Shown here piece after piece: positions 23,201-34,194 of a stretch of DNA of 64,000 nt. Each line of letters opens with the position of its first letter. Within the stretch, counting starts at the first letter, position 1. Origin of the DNA: Schizosaccharomyces osmophilus. Taxonomy: Eukaryota. The stretch is from assembly GCF_027921745.1 (NCBI RefSeq), contig NC_079238.1, forward strand, positions 1,798,001 to 1,862,000. Direction: 5' to 3'. Below the pieces are notes generated by a model. The model worked only from the letters and a program-made list of their open reading frames with translations, did no database searches and was not told the origin of the DNA. The position numbers and the translations under genes are program-made.

Positions 23201-23402
23201 TTGGTATCCTAGAATACAGAGAATGAGCAAACTCATGCACTTTGGAATCAGCTTCCTCCATGCCAAATCCCACTAATTTCCGAAACAGCTCCTGAGAGCT
23301 ATGTGAATGAGAAGCTTCAGCAATTATATACTCTACAACTGAAGGTTCTGACATCCCTAAAAGTGCAACTGCTTGATCCGAAACATATTGTTCTAAAGAC
23401 AT
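20202..23402 (-). CDS. cdc28: DEAH-box spliceosomal helicase (Prp2/DHX16 ortholog)
   Basis: AETGSGKTTQ, DEAH, SAT, QRAGRAGR, plus a DHX16-type N-terminus; 1066 aa. Confidence 0.95.
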   Translation of the reverse strand: MSLEQYVSDQAVALLGMSEPSVVEYIIAEASHSHSSQELFRKLVGFGMEEADSKVHEFAHSLYSRIPKNKGKTSDDAYNYRKKRQREILQMENQNAKYELLLEPQQAERSSRLPPSDSKKRKERRKEHKRDILRRKHDDDEWQSDEYEEEEEISNTATNQEEKLSEKKQSPEANFTIKNNEEDERMHDLREREEFEERLRQRDLTTSTRDLVEDYSSKLSSEEVALRNLADDPDSRERLAAELRKKSRQHYLKPRAQQQLELLGREIQDEELLFADEQLTKREIFELEKKKELLRIAEERMNLNAQAAEYRMPEDYFTEQGKLDRRRKEAVLHQRYTDANDERQPATPFGAAEQAQWESQQISKALVYEDNMKAPTQEKQFDYVFDDSQKIDFLLESNMPGKSESGAEASAPVLSPAEIKAISMEESRKSLPVYKFKDDLLKAIEAYQVLLVVAETGSGKTTQLPQFLHDAGYTKNNKKICCTQPRRVAAMSVAARVANEMDVRLGQEVGYTIRFENNTSEKTVIKYLTDGMLLREFLTEPDLASYSVIIIDEAHERTLHTDILFGLVKDIARFRPDLKVLVSSATIDAAKFSSYFDEAPVFYIPGRRFPVDIYYTPQPEANYIQAAITTILQIHTTQQAGDILVFLTGQDEIEIMSENIQELCKILGKRIPEIILCPIYANLPSELQAKIFEPTPSGARKVVLATNIAETSITIDGVNYVIDSGFVKQNVYNPRTGMESLVSVPCSRASADQRAGRAGRVGPGKCFRLYTRWTYNNELDMVTSPEIQRTNLTNIVLLLKSLGINNLLDFDFMDSPPPETLMRSLELLYALGALNNRGELTKLGRQMAEFPTDPMLSKSLISSANYGCVEEVLSIIAMLGESASLFYRPKDRIMEADKSRMNFVQPGGDHLTLLRIWNEWVDTDFSYQWSRENFLQYKSLCRARDVRDQLANLCSRVEIELTSNSADSLMPIQKAITAGYFSNAARLDRTGDSYRTVKSNQTVYVHPSSTMVEKKPKIIIYYELVLTSKEYCRQVMQIQPEWLLEISPHYFKPENIEEMYKSKKRR

Positions 23403-24046
23403 ATTTCCTTTATTTATACCGTCGAATACACCTTCTAACTTTGCTCTTCTAATTCAATTCTTAAAGACGGAAAGATCCTCAACGAGCTTTTATATCATAT
23501 ATAATTTTCTGGTGTCAACAATTGGTAATATAAGCTTGGCATTTGCATGTATGCGTCGAAGTCGCGTTCTACAGACTATACTCCCTCTTGCCAGATGCTA
23601 GACCTCATTAACTTTGATTACGAGACATACTAAAACTACAGTATTTACTTGAAATGATCCTAATGAAATAAACAAGAATTCGTAAAATAAAGTTGAATAA
23701 TAATAGAAGAATTACTAATTCAATTTTACTCAATTAATAGCTGGCCTTTTACCTGTCAAAGACTTTATTTCTTTGCGCTTCAACAATTGTGCCATCGCTG
23801 TTAAGCTTCCATTGTGAGCACTAGTGATCGTTTGGTCATTACTGTTTGAGGTACATTACGAAAATACTTTATTAAGCTCTATATTTTTCTTAACATAAAT
23901 AGCACCTTTAACTTTTAGTTTAAAGCTGTTTTTCCAAAATTCGTTCGATACTCCCATTTATTAAAAGAAGTAAGCAAGTAACTTCTTGCGTGCGTTTTCA
24001 AAGTCCTCTTCTTTCTTATAATTATCGATATTCTACCTCTAGAAAA

Positions 24047-24475
24047 ATGTCAGATGAGGCTTATAATCAATTCTTGAATGCTGCAAATGCCCCAGTTCCT
24101 TCTCCTCCTCCCAAAAGCCCTAGTGAAGTTCCTTCTCAATGGATGAAAAGCACTGACAACATTCCTAGTTCAGCTCCATTAAGCGCTTTGTCAGAACAAG
24201 TAAAGGGTCACTACTATACTAGTGAGTCAGATGAACTCTTTCATCCTATCTATCTAGAGAAGATTCCCTCAGAGTTCGAAAGCATCGATAAAAAAGAGTT
24301 TGATCCTCGTAATGAATACAGTGGCATCATGAAAGCGGTTCAAGACTGCTGCAGCTCAAATACGGTACAAATTTTCAGTTACCAGGATACAGCGTCTACA
24401 GTTATTTATTATATATTAAGTAAGCTGAACAATGGCCATTGGTGCGGCCTTACAACCATGGAAGTCTCCACTTAA
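24047..24475 (+). CDS. Small conserved fungal protein (SPBC21B10.02-like), 142 aa
   Basis: ATG at 24047 (MSDEAYNQFLNAAN); motifs YYTSESDELF, FDPRNEY, YYIL..GLTTMEVST; syntenic position. Confidence 0.8.
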   Translation: MSDEAYNQFLNAANAPVPSPPPKSPSEVPSQWMKSTDNIPSSAPLSALSEQVKGHYYTSESDELFHPIYLEKIPSEFESIDKKEFDPRNEYSGIMKAVQDCCSSNTVQIFSYQDTASTVIYYILSKLNNGHWCGLTTMEVST

Positions 24476-24633
24476 CTTGATGGGACTTTTAATTTACCAT
24501 GTTTTCACATTAGCATGCTAGTTAAGCAATAGTTATAAACAAGCATTGTATCACATTTATTGATAATGATTTAAATCATGTCTTATTTCTACATAACATT
24601 TAGCTATTCAAAGGAACTCAAGATAGCAGACAC

Positions 24634-26982
24634 TCAAGATGTCTTCTCATCGGAAGTCTCTGCGGTTGGTGCAGGTTCAACAACTTCAGAAGATTCCGGA
24701 ACTTGGGAATTGGAAGCAGCTGCTGCATTCGAATCCTGACTCTGATCAGTAGCATTATTACCATCATTACTATTGTTGTGGTTGTTTGTGTAGTTGTCAT
24801 TTTTGTATCCATTATTTTGATGACGATTTCCCCTAGAAGGGTTGAACGATCTTTGGGAACTGCTTCGTCTAAAATCCGTATACGCAGGATAACGCATGTT
24901 CATCATTCCATTGTTCATAGCATACTGTCCATACATAGGAGGCACACCATTAACAGGATATGGCATCATGGGCATTCCTCCCATTCCTCCCATCTGAGGT
25001 ACATAGTAAGTAGCAGGTGCCACTCCCCTGGGGCTATTGCCCTGCGCTTGGAAGGGAGGGACTCCGTAAGGTGGCATAACTGGGGGTGCCATAAACATGG
25101 GCGAAGCTACCGCACTAGAATTTCCTGAAGTAGGTGTAGCGTTTGGTGAGGCAGCGACCGACGGTTGTTGGCTAGGAGCACGCATGTAAGGAGGATATCC
25201 CGGTACTTGATAACCAAAAGGAACGTAAGGAACACCGGGAGTGAAAGCAGGCATTGCTGGCGACATGGGGCCATTAGGAAGAACTAAACCAGGAACTTGG
25301 GCACCTGTTGCCGAATTGCGCTTTCCTTGGCTTGCATCAATTTCTACTTTCTGGTTGGAAACAATATGCTGCACATCGTTGGGGCCAGAAGCCCAAGTAG
25401 GGGGACAAGAAAATGGTTTCTCTAATGTTTCTCCAATTTGTTCTTGTCCAGCAGCGGTCTTAATGACATTAAAATTTTCCATGACGGATGATTCTGCTCG
25501 AGAACCTCCGTTAGGGAAGAAGGGACGCTCCTTATTATCACCTGGAGTTCCAGCATTTGAAGTCATTCCTGCTTCTGTACTGGAGGACTTTCGTGAAGTC
25601 ATAGATTGAGAAGCAGCTGGCTTTGGGGGAAGAACAAACTTACCGGGAGTAAACACGGGGGCACCAACATTAGGTTTGAAGGATGCAGCCTTAGCATTCA
25701 ATTTCAACGGCTTCGATGGTTCCTTATTTACAGGTTTCTCTTGTGCGTTGTTAGACTCCAAGGAGGTCTGTGGCTTGGCTTCTTCTTCCTTTATTTCTTG
25801 AGTCTTTTCCTCCTTGTTTAATTCATCGACAAGAGTAGGCTCTTTATCTTTCTTTTCTAAAGATGGTACATCCTTAGATGGAACTTCTTCCTTTTGTTTG
25901 GTAATATTTTCTGAAACATCAACCTTTGTAGTCTCGCCAGCGGACTCAAATGGCTTTTGTTTTTCTTTGGAAGCATCTTTGTTTCCCTTAGCAGAATCCC
26001 CTTTGCTTCCAAATCCACCTAGATTCAAAGATTTACTGAATTGCATGAATTCTTTTATTTGACCTTCTTTTTCTCCTTTAGATAACGTACCCATCTTGCG
26101 ACGGGCGTTGAAGAATTTTTCAGCGGCACGGGAGTCACCGCCGCGAGAAAACGCCATGTGTCGCTGGGATACAATGGCAGGGTCATTAGGCAGTAAGCCA
26201 TTGCGAGGGCCAGCATTTCGAGGACGATTGTCTCGATCTTTTCCTTGGGAATAATTTTCTCTTGATGGAGGGCCCCTGTTATTGGGTTTTCCCAGTTGAG
26301 ATGAGCGTTGAACACCCGAGTAAAGGTCTTCTTCATCAAGTCCACTATCATCGGTCTTGCGGCCTCGTTCTTCAGCGAGATGAACATTATCGGTAGTGGA
26401 GGATTCAATTTCTTTTGCAATACGATCAGCTTCTTGGGCACGTTCCTTGTATTTGGGGTGACTTCGATTAATAGTTGAAGTGTATTGTTCCTCATCAAAT
26501 TGAGATTGAACACCAAAAAGTTCTTCATTAGCGGCAAATTGATCCCATTCACCGCCGCCTGTTCGGTCCACAGACTCTTCCAAACTCATCAAAGAGGCGC
26601 TCGCATCCTGAGGGTCAGGCCTCCAAGGCAATAATTCACGCTCCCGATGTTCAGTGGAGCCCCTGTGAGAAGAAATCGCTGCATCGGTTTTCCATGACTT
26701 ATTGTTTGCCGAAGAAGTCCTAGACGCATTATTCACACGTCTCGGGTTGGAAGTATTTGTGAATCGTTTGTTCGACGTCGAAGACGTCGAGTTTACATTA
26801 CTGCTGTCTTTCGTATTATCTTTAACACTTGCTTCTGGCACTGCCTTTTTCGTTTCAGTGTAAATACGTTCGCTATTGCTTGCCGATTGAGATGCTTTGC
26901 TTCCTTTAGCTGCAACTGCTGACCATCGTTTCGTTGCTTCAGTCTTTAAAGGACCAACGTTTCGTTGTGGGGTCTGTTCCAT
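24634..26982 (-). CDS. ath1: Ataxin-2/Pbp1 homolog
   Basis: KTDAAIS and ERELLPW motifs, LsmAD domain (WDQFAANEELFGV..FDEEQYTS..HLAEERG), PAM2 motif KLNAKAASFKP, Pro/Met/Asn low-complexity tail. Confidence 0.93.
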   Translation of the reverse strand: MEQTPQRNVGPLKTEATKRWSAVAAKGSKASQSASNSERIYTETKKAVPEASVKDNTKDSSNVNSTSSTSNKRFTNTSNPRRVNNASRTSSANNKSWKTDAAISSHRGSTEHRERELLPWRPDPQDASASLMSLEESVDRTGGGEWDQFAANEELFGVQSQFDEEQYTSTINRSHPKYKERAQEADRIAKEIESSTTDNVHLAEERGRKTDDSGLDEEDLYSGVQRSSQLGKPNNRGPPSRENYSQGKDRDNRPRNAGPRNGLLPNDPAIVSQRHMAFSRGGDSRAAEKFFNARRKMGTLSKGEKEGQIKEFMQFSKSLNLGGFGSKGDSAKGNKDASKEKQKPFESAGETTKVDVSENITKQKEEVPSKDVPSLEKKDKEPTLVDELNKEEKTQEIKEEEAKPQTSLESNNAQEKPVNKEPSKPLKLNAKAASFKPNVGAPVFTPGKFVLPPKPAASQSMTSRKSSSTEAGMTSNAGTPGDNKERPFFPNGGSRAESSVMENFNVIKTAAGQEQIGETLEKPFSCPPTWASGPNDVQHIVSNQKVEIDASQGKRNSATGAQVPGLVLPNGPMSPAMPAFTPGVPYVPFGYQVPGYPPYMRAPSQQPSVAASPNATPTSGNSSAVASPMFMAPPVMPPYGVPPFQAQGNSPRGVAPATYYVPQMGGMGGMPMMPYPVNGVPPMYGQYAMNNGMMNMRYPAYTDFRRSSSQRSFNPSRGNRHQNNGYKNDNYTNNHNNSNDGNNATDQSQDSNAAAASNSQVPESSEVVEPAPTAETSDEKTS

Positions 26983-28693
26983 TCTGACAGAATCGGTTGC
27001 CGTAAAAATTACTTGAGTCTCCTCAGATACCCTTGCAATTTCTGAATTTGCAACCTCCCAGTACCCGACTGAGATATTAGTGAATTCCGTGGAGGTTGGA
27101 AGTTGATGGTTGAATCAATTACGATGAATCTTTGGGGTTTAACGTGTGGCGCCCACCGCAAATTTTCGTAAATCCCAAATTATGCGAAAACGTAGGAATT
27201 TTTGTAGAGTACTTTAAATTATTTATTTATTTTATTGGCTTTTGTAAAATGGGATTTAGTACTTTTCGTTCTTTTGTTTTCTCTGGTGCTGCTACCTCAC
27301 CACCAATAGAAGAATAACGAATTCCTTTATGTAAACATGAAACTATAAGAAGAAAGATTCATTTCCGTAGGCATTCATCAGACGGGCAGAAGGTTTTGTT
27401 TTTTAGTGATTGGAATACCATAAAATTCTTTAAAGTCTATGGGAAAATTGTAGTCATACAGTAGTATACGGTTCTTGTAGTATATCTAAGAATTGCTTCC
27501 TGTGTTTGTTGAGTCATTCCCAGTGATACGCCCTTTAAGATTGATTTGGGATACAGGTGCATAGTTTTCAATGTCTTTCCTGATACCTGCCGGCACAATC
27601 TCCATCGTCTCTAGCATTTTACTCTAGTTTACAAAAAAAAAAAAAAAAACAAAAATAAAATAAAATTGAAAATAAAGAATGCTATTGTTGCAAACTCCTG
27701 TTGCATGAATAGATGAATGTTATCAAGCCAGTAAGTTGCCTTTCAATACGGTCGCTCAAAGAAGCTACTAACCCTTACTGCACTTGTGACATCGTCTTCA
27801 AAATATTCCTTGAGTTTTGATTTTCTCCTGTTTTCAAGTATTTCAAAATGGCTATTACTTTTAAGCAACAGATGTTCTCTATTTTTGGAATTTTCATCGT
27901 TGGTAAGTCAAATGAGCAGCTTCGTTAAGAATGGAAAGTTGGCTGCTGTTTCAACTCAATTCCCATTGCATAGACCTTGGAAAAAGATTGCATAGAAAAG
28001 GCATTATTGAAAGTAGAAATTAACTGAGCTGTTTGTTTAGGTGGCCCCGTTTCGTTCATCTTACTAAAGAATCATCTATACGAAAAGCGAAGGGCATATT
28101 TCAAGCTGCAAAGGGAAAGAGAAGCTCAAAACAAAAAAGAAGCCAATTGATTTTAGCGTTTGTCATTTCATAAAAGTATGAATCCCGAAAGAGAGAGATA
28201 CAAAAGGGAGACAGACCCTCCTTTTGTATCCTGCATCAGGTCGAAACCCTGCGAATGGCATGGAATCCCTTACTGAAGACAAAAAAAAGCTTCCAAAATT
28301 CAAGACTTCTGCGCTCCTTTTTGTCTTGTCTCTTTGGTTCTAGTATGAATGGGATACCAGATGAACCACATTGGTAGATAAGTTTTCTTTTCTTGCATAT
28401 GTCGAAGTGCAAATAATTATACATCTACAAGACGGGAAGCACACTCTCACAGAAACATTCCTTGCAAAACAAATTGAGCATTTACATGGAACAACACTGA
28501 GACAAATGTTACAAACTGTGTAGAAAGAAGGAAAAGGAGATTACGGGAAATAATTATAATAATATATTCAAATACTAGGACACACCCGTTCGGTTATAAA
28601 TAAAAGGAGACGTTCATGACACAAAATTAGAAGGTTGCGACACGGGTGAAGCGTCAATCAAAACAAAATCTGCACTCATGTCCTTAGTACCCT

Positions 28694-29062
28694 TTAAAAA
28701 AAGGTTCTTAAAATAAAATTCGTCAAAATGGCAGCTAATAAGACGAAACATAAGATGGTAGGTCCCAAGCGATCATCATAAGGACCACTTCCTCTTCTTC
28801 GTATGGCAGAAGCTCTCCAATGATAAATTGATAAAGCATATCCCATCGTTCCTATGGCCACAACGGTAAAGAGACCAGCGCTAATCCTTCCGATCCTGTC
28901 ACCAAAGTTCAGCAAACCAACAGACAAGCCACCTAAAACAACAGCAAAGCTGAGCCAAGAGAGAAAAGTCCGTTCATTAGCGAAGAAGACCTTGGGCTCC
29001 ACTCTAACCGGGAGTGCAATTCTTTTCCCTGGGGTAGTTTGCAAAAGTGGTTGAGTCGACAT
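28694..29062 (-). CDS. nrf1: Vacuolar transporter chaperone subunit Vtc1/Nrf1, 122 aa
   Basis: [36 protein letters not shown]; three TM helices; GPYDDRLGP. Confidence 0.97.
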   Translation of the reverse strand: MSTQPLLQTTPGKRIALPVRVEPKVFFANERTFLSWLSFAVVLGGLSVGLLNFGDRIGRISAGLFTVVAIGTMGYALSIYHWRASAIRRRGSGPYDDRLGPTILCFVLLAAILTNFILRTFF

Positions 29063-29353
29063 TAAAAACAGGGTAAAATATGAGAAAATCAAAAAAGGAC
29101 ACCTTCAAGGTAATGTATATGACCGAATATTGAATATACCACCAATTAACTAATTATTCGATGTATTAAAAATGTTGTGACAAAGGCAACGAACACACAT
29201 GCCTCAACTGAGAAGACTTTGTGAATATAATGATGTACAGTGCAGGTCTTTATTTAATTATAAACAAAAAACGTTCTAAGAAAAAAATAAAAATAAAACA
29301 AAAAAAAAGAATGTGCTATGTAAAATGGAGAACTAAAAATGAAAGAAAAATAT

Positions 29354-30871
29354 TTACAAATTTTTGGGTTCCTGTCGGTCTTGCAAAAGCTTGCCGTAGT
29401 ACATGAGTTGTTTCACAATCTCAGGATTTGGCATCTCCTGTTGTTCTTCGAATTGTTGTAGGATGCTGATGTACTGCATGGCTTCCTTTATTGTAATAGA
29501 TACAAAGTACTCTTCTTCTTCATCACTCTCGAAATCACGGTCCTTCAAAAATTCGGCTGCAATTTGGTCAGTAACATCAGCATCTTCATCCACGACGCTT
29601 TCTTCGACAGGATCTATGAACCGATCGATGGACTGATTTTTTACGTCTGTAAAGTGGTAAAACAAAGATTTCAGTTTTTCAGAAGCTTGTATTGTAGAAG
29701 ATGGGAGTTTTACGTCAGAAAAACTTTCTTTTATGGTTATTAAGCCGGAACGTTGAAAACTAAATGCAATTGAGGAACTGGAAACATCAAAATTCCATGC
29801 AGCAACCATCCAGTGAATAGCTTTTAGTATATTGACAGCTTTTATAGGGTCATGACCAAGATTGACTTGGTCCATCATATACCGGAGCCAATAATTTCTA
29901 TAGCATTCCTTAAAATTACGAAATATGCCCATAGAATACGGATTTTGTGTCAGGTTGGAACTTTTTGGTAGCCATAAGATGGCTATATTTTGAAAACTTC
30001 TAGTACGACGAATGTTTTCTACGGCGCATTCATGTGCGCTAAGCCGATCCAAAAGAAGTAAAACCTTTCTACCAGACATTTTTTGATCGAACCAAATAAG
30101 CCACTCCTGCATTATAATATTATTAAATTGAGCAGTACCATTTGATCTCCATTCGACGTCAAGGGCATGGATATTGACACGCGCAGAACGGAATGCGCGA
30201 GGTTCTTTTGAGTAGCCAATGATCCATAGGGGTAATTTTTCTGTACCAAGGGCATTGCAGCACATTGCTATAGAAACGCGCGCTTTTTCGCGACGGATGC
30301 CGTGTATAAATTCGACAGAAGGAGGTTTATTTGGAACGAGCTTCCATAAAAGTCCTACTTCGTCGAATGAAAATACATCCTCCAAGGCGTAATGCTTTAC
30401 AAATTCATAAATCATGTCTGTATCAGCTAGTTTAACATTGTCATGGGGATTAGAAGGATGCTTTTGAAACCTTTTCAGCCAATTGCTGCTAAATTCTGGG
30501 GTTGGCAAGTTTGAATACGCCGGGATCTTTTTCCAAAATTCGCATGCGGTTTTTCGTATAACTTCTTCATTTATGCCAATATCGGATTTTTGTGTTCTTT
30601 GGATCCATTCCACAAGAGCACTCTCCAGAACAGGATATTTCGCGGGTAAAGTATTGGGTGTATCGGAAATTTCAGAGCCCGTTTCATCAAGAAATTCATA
30701 TTTCGATGATAATATTTGAGAAACCGACGGTTGCGACAATTCTTTATCATACTTTTCTCTAAACCAAGCCATCAACTTTTGTTGCGACGGTTTTTCAACG
30801 CACCCAAAGTAGAAATCACGTAGTTCTTTCTTTTCTTTTTTTGTAATGACTTGACGCCGTACTGGAGGCAT
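29354..30871 (-). CDS. CENP-B-like Cbp1/Abp1/Cbh family protein (domesticated pogo transposase), 505 aa
   Basis: Two N-terminal HTHs (LSQPSVSQILSSKY; KYPVLESALVEW..FSSNWLKRF), a DDE_1 domain (FDEVGLLW, GTEKLPLWIIG, RKVLLLLDRLSAH) and an acidic stretch before a C-terminal dimerisation helix. Paralog identity not resolved. Confidence 0.93.
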   Translation of the reverse strand: MPPVRRQVITKKEKKELRDFYFGCVEKPSQQKLMAWFREKYDKELSQPSVSQILSSKYEFLDETGSEISDTPNTLPAKYPVLESALVEWIQRTQKSDIGINEEVIRKTACEFWKKIPAYSNLPTPEFSSNWLKRFQKHPSNPHDNVKLADTDMIYEFVKHYALEDVFSFDEVGLLWKLVPNKPPSVEFIHGIRREKARVSIAMCCNALGTEKLPLWIIGYSKEPRAFRSARVNIHALDVEWRSNGTAQFNNIIMQEWLIWFDQKMSGRKVLLLLDRLSAHECAVENIRRTRSFQNIAILWLPKSSNLTQNPYSMGIFRNFKECYRNYWLRYMMDQVNLGHDPIKAVNILKAIHWMVAAWNFDVSSSSIAFSFQRSGLITIKESFSDVKLPSSTIQASEKLKSLFYHFTDVKNQSIDRFIDPVEESVVDEDADVTDQIAAEFLKDRDFESDEEEEYFVSITIKEAMQYISILQQFEEQQEMPNPEIVKQLMYYGKLLQDRQEPKNL

Positions 30872-32704
30872 ATTTACTTTTAGTAATCAGCGCTCAGCAT
30901 TTTGGTTTTGTGAGTACTCGATCATCACAATTTTTTCCCTTTAACAAACTGCAAGTGCGTCTAGGGGCGATCCGTTTAGCCGAATATTTATTGACCTCGA
31001 AGTAATGAATTTAATATGAGTTTATTTTCACAACCATCCTATTCGTATTTATCAAAAATAAACTCAACTAAGTTGACATACCTCGTTATGAAAGTTTACA
31101 TCATCGCCCATACTGTTATTGTCTAAACAAGACATACCCCATACTATTATTGAGAAATGGAGTTTCTCCATGAAAGAATTCCTTTTCAGCATATCAGATT
31201 CATTCCAATTTCTTTTCTGTTTAATTTTTTCTTCTCTTATACATGGGACTGATGAATGATTAATGGCATAGGAAATTGCAACAAGACGATCGTTTTGCAT
31301 GACATGACCCTCTGTAGCACATATTTGCCTTGTACTATTGAAACTGCCTATCATAGATTTGAAATTGGTTCATCCCTTCAGCGCTAGTATCATTCATTGT
31401 TCATTTCACAAATTCTCTTCTACATACTTGACGATTGTTGCCCTCTTACATGTGTGTCGCGTCGCATCTGTGTCGAGTTGGTAAATCTCTCTGGGAGCAT
31501 AGCATCTGTTGGCGTGAAAAACCTTCGTCGCTCTTATTTCCCAAGGGACGACGACGACTGTTGGGAAATGTTGGTTTGTTTTTTACTTCTTTTAGTCGCA
31601 AGCACTATACACAAATAGTTCAAAAGAAAAACGGCAGCTTTAGCATCGCCTATGAACGATCAGTTACACCAAATTCTGGGATACACAGGGGGACTTACGT
31701 AATACCTTTTCAACACGTATTTCTCTTGCTCTTTTAAAATTATCAAAGCAGTCAGTGTTGAGCAAAGATTTAGCATACGTTCCGTTCCATACAGAAGGAG
31801 GATGCACGATCATTTCAATACTCAATGGAGCCAAAATCCAGTGTGTTTCCGTAGAACCTTCCTACAGCAGCATACCCCTTCCAAAGAAAACAGGACATGG
31901 AAAATATACTTTTTTAATCATTTCCGACACACATTTGATTCGTAAAAGTACTTTTTCTATGCTCCAAACAATGGCTACAGCCAACCACCTAAAAACAAAC
32001 GTCTCAAGGACAAGTTGTGAGTACAAAGAATACGTCAAAAACACAAAAAGAGAGATGAAACTTTGAAATTTGCTTTTGCTCCCTTGGACAAGCAGTACAG
32101 GCTTGTCTTTGACGGTTTGTCATATAGGTATTTATATGCTTAAAAGGTTTTTAAAGCAATCATTTAGCAAGGTTTTCAACCATAAATCATATCTCTATCT
32201 TTTATAATCATAATTAAAGTGAATAGTATTAGACATTTTTTGATATCATATAATGCAATCGTTAAGCATATCCCTACAAAGGTATGAAGCATCCTTCCTA
32301 TTGATGTTGAGAATCAAGTCAAATCACACACGAATATGTAAGTCTAAACAGTCGACTCTTGTACGCAGCCAGGTTCTTGCTCAGTGCTCTCTGCTCCTTT
32401 CCTTGGGTTCCTACTTTGCTAATACAAATGATTGCTTCTTGGATAGCTTTACCAATTAATATCTTTATTTCGTAAACCTCTCCCTATGCGTCACCTCTAT
32501 TCTCAAATTTCTAACATTTATTTTTTCTTTACGATAGTCATATTCCTAACATTAAATACTGACAAAAATTATTCACAGGTAGAAATCCTCCTTCCACAGA
32601 AAAAAGAACTCTTCCCATTGCCTGGTAAAAACCGTTTCATAGATTACATTAAGAACGCGACGGCAGTGAATCCTAGACTTGAATTAAATATACATGTTTA
32701 CAAT

Positions 32705-33649
32705 TTAAATTTGATAATCATTCAAAGCAACGCATACCGCTGCTTTGTGATGACCAGAGTATTGGCGAATTGTTTCTCCACTTGAAAGTTCCCACAGACG
32801 AGCTACATGATCCGATGAAGCTGAAACTAGATACGTTGAGTCGGCAGAGAATGCACAGTCCCAAACCCATCTTTGATGCCCTTGCAGACGTCTTTCCAAC
32901 ATGAACGACATATCGTCAGTGCTCCAAATATTAACAGTGGCATCGGCAGAACATGTCGCCAAATGCTTTACGTCCGGTGAAAGCACACATCTCGTTATAT
33001 ATCGCGGATGAGCTTGGAATTTCACTACTGGCTGAAGTAAAGAAGCTCCTTGGTGATTAAGCATCCTCCAAACGTAGCAATTTCCTTTGTTGTTCCCTGC
33101 AATAAGCATACTTCCATCAGACGCGACTGTAACACTACTCATCGGCACATCTTCCTCAGGAATTAATTCGTGTGTACAAGAGTCTTCACCCAAATCCCAT
33201 GCACTTACTCTTCCACTTTGATCGCAAGAGATAAGTTCACCTTGATTTGGGTGAATAAAGAGATCATTAACAGGTGATTTATGATCATAGTTTCTTTGTA
33301 CAGATGGCGCACGCATGTCCCACACCTTTACCGTACCATCTTCGCTGGACGTGGCCAGCCATTTACCATCGCAATGAAAAGCTACTGCAGTAACATTATT
33401 GGTATGCCCTTCAAAAGTCATCAAAGGCAATTGGCTATTAGAGTTAATGTCGTAAAGGCGTACATGCGGATTTCCAGCGGCTGCTAAAAAACGCTTGTTT
33501 GGTGAAATACAAAGTCGATTCACTTGCGTGTCGGCATGCTGGATAGTTCTTGAACAAATGCCACTTAGTGCTTCCCAGAATCGAATTGTATGATCATATC
33601 CACTACTTACTAGTAGTACGGAATGCTGTGGTGGATACTGGACAGACAT
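32705..33649 (-). CDS. pop3: TOR complex WD40 subunit Lst8 (Pop3/Wat1), 314 aa
   Basis: ATG at 33649. SVLLVSSGYDHTIRFWEALSGICSRTIQH and GHQRWVWDCAFSADS..GHHKAAVCVALND. Confidence 0.97.
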   Translation of the reverse strand: MSVQYPPQHSVLLVSSGYDHTIRFWEALSGICSRTIQHADTQVNRLCISPNKRFLAAAGNPHVRLYDINSNSQLPLMTFEGHTNNVTAVAFHCDGKWLATSSEDGTVKVWDMRAPSVQRNYDHKSPVNDLFIHPNQGELISCDQSGRVSAWDLGEDSCTHELIPEEDVPMSSVTVASDGSMLIAGNNKGNCYVWRMLNHQGASLLQPVVKFQAHPRYITRCVLSPDVKHLATCSADATVNIWSTDDMSFMLERRLQGHQRWVWDCAFSADSTYLVSASSDHVARLWELSSGETIRQYSGHHKAAVCVALNDYQI

Positions 33650-34194
33650 GCGGTGAGTGGGAGAGGACACAAACCAAGTTTATCTTGGAGTATGTAACCA
33701 GCTGCTATTTTAATGTTTAATCTTTCTTTCTTTTCGTTATTTTTACTCCTCTTTTTCTTTTATATAAATTAAAACAAGAGTAATACGCGGCGACTCTATT
33801 GCAAGTATTTGGATTTCCCAAGAAAATAAAAAAATTTCGCGTAGTATTAGTTCAACCTATTGTATCTATTAATTATATATTCTCTATGAAATGAGTATGA
33901 AACATTCATCTAGCAGAAAAAAAAAAGAATGTGTCTGAACAAAATTAACGGTAGTCAAGGGTCGGTTAGAGCACCTCCATGTTAAACATAGTAGTACGTA
34001 TTCTCTATATTTGAATCGAAAAGTACAATAAAACTATAGCATCCTTCTTTAGGATGTAGGATAGCAATAGAGATTGGGCTCCTCTGTAAAAGGTAGTTGC
34101 ATAGAAGGTTTCAGTAACCTCATCACATTTGGTATTTTGTATTGAAATACCGATGGAATTATATACACTTCAGAGCTTATAGAAGGTAATATTA

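Noticed and set aside
28197..28230. 11-bp-stem hairpin GATACAAAAGG..CCTTTTGTATC downstream of nrf1
   Set aside because: Single isolated inverted repeat; no ncRNA boxes and no link to a transposon end.
29236..29250. TA-CAGT, a possible pogo terminal repeat start beside the CENP-B-like gene
   Set aside because: No matching inverted copy found on the other side of the gene.
31064..31354. 96-aa ORF upstream of the CENP-B-like gene with IIVWG, reminiscent of Tc1 VMVWG
   Set aside because: Motif spacing is wrong and there are no other transposase residues; likely chance.
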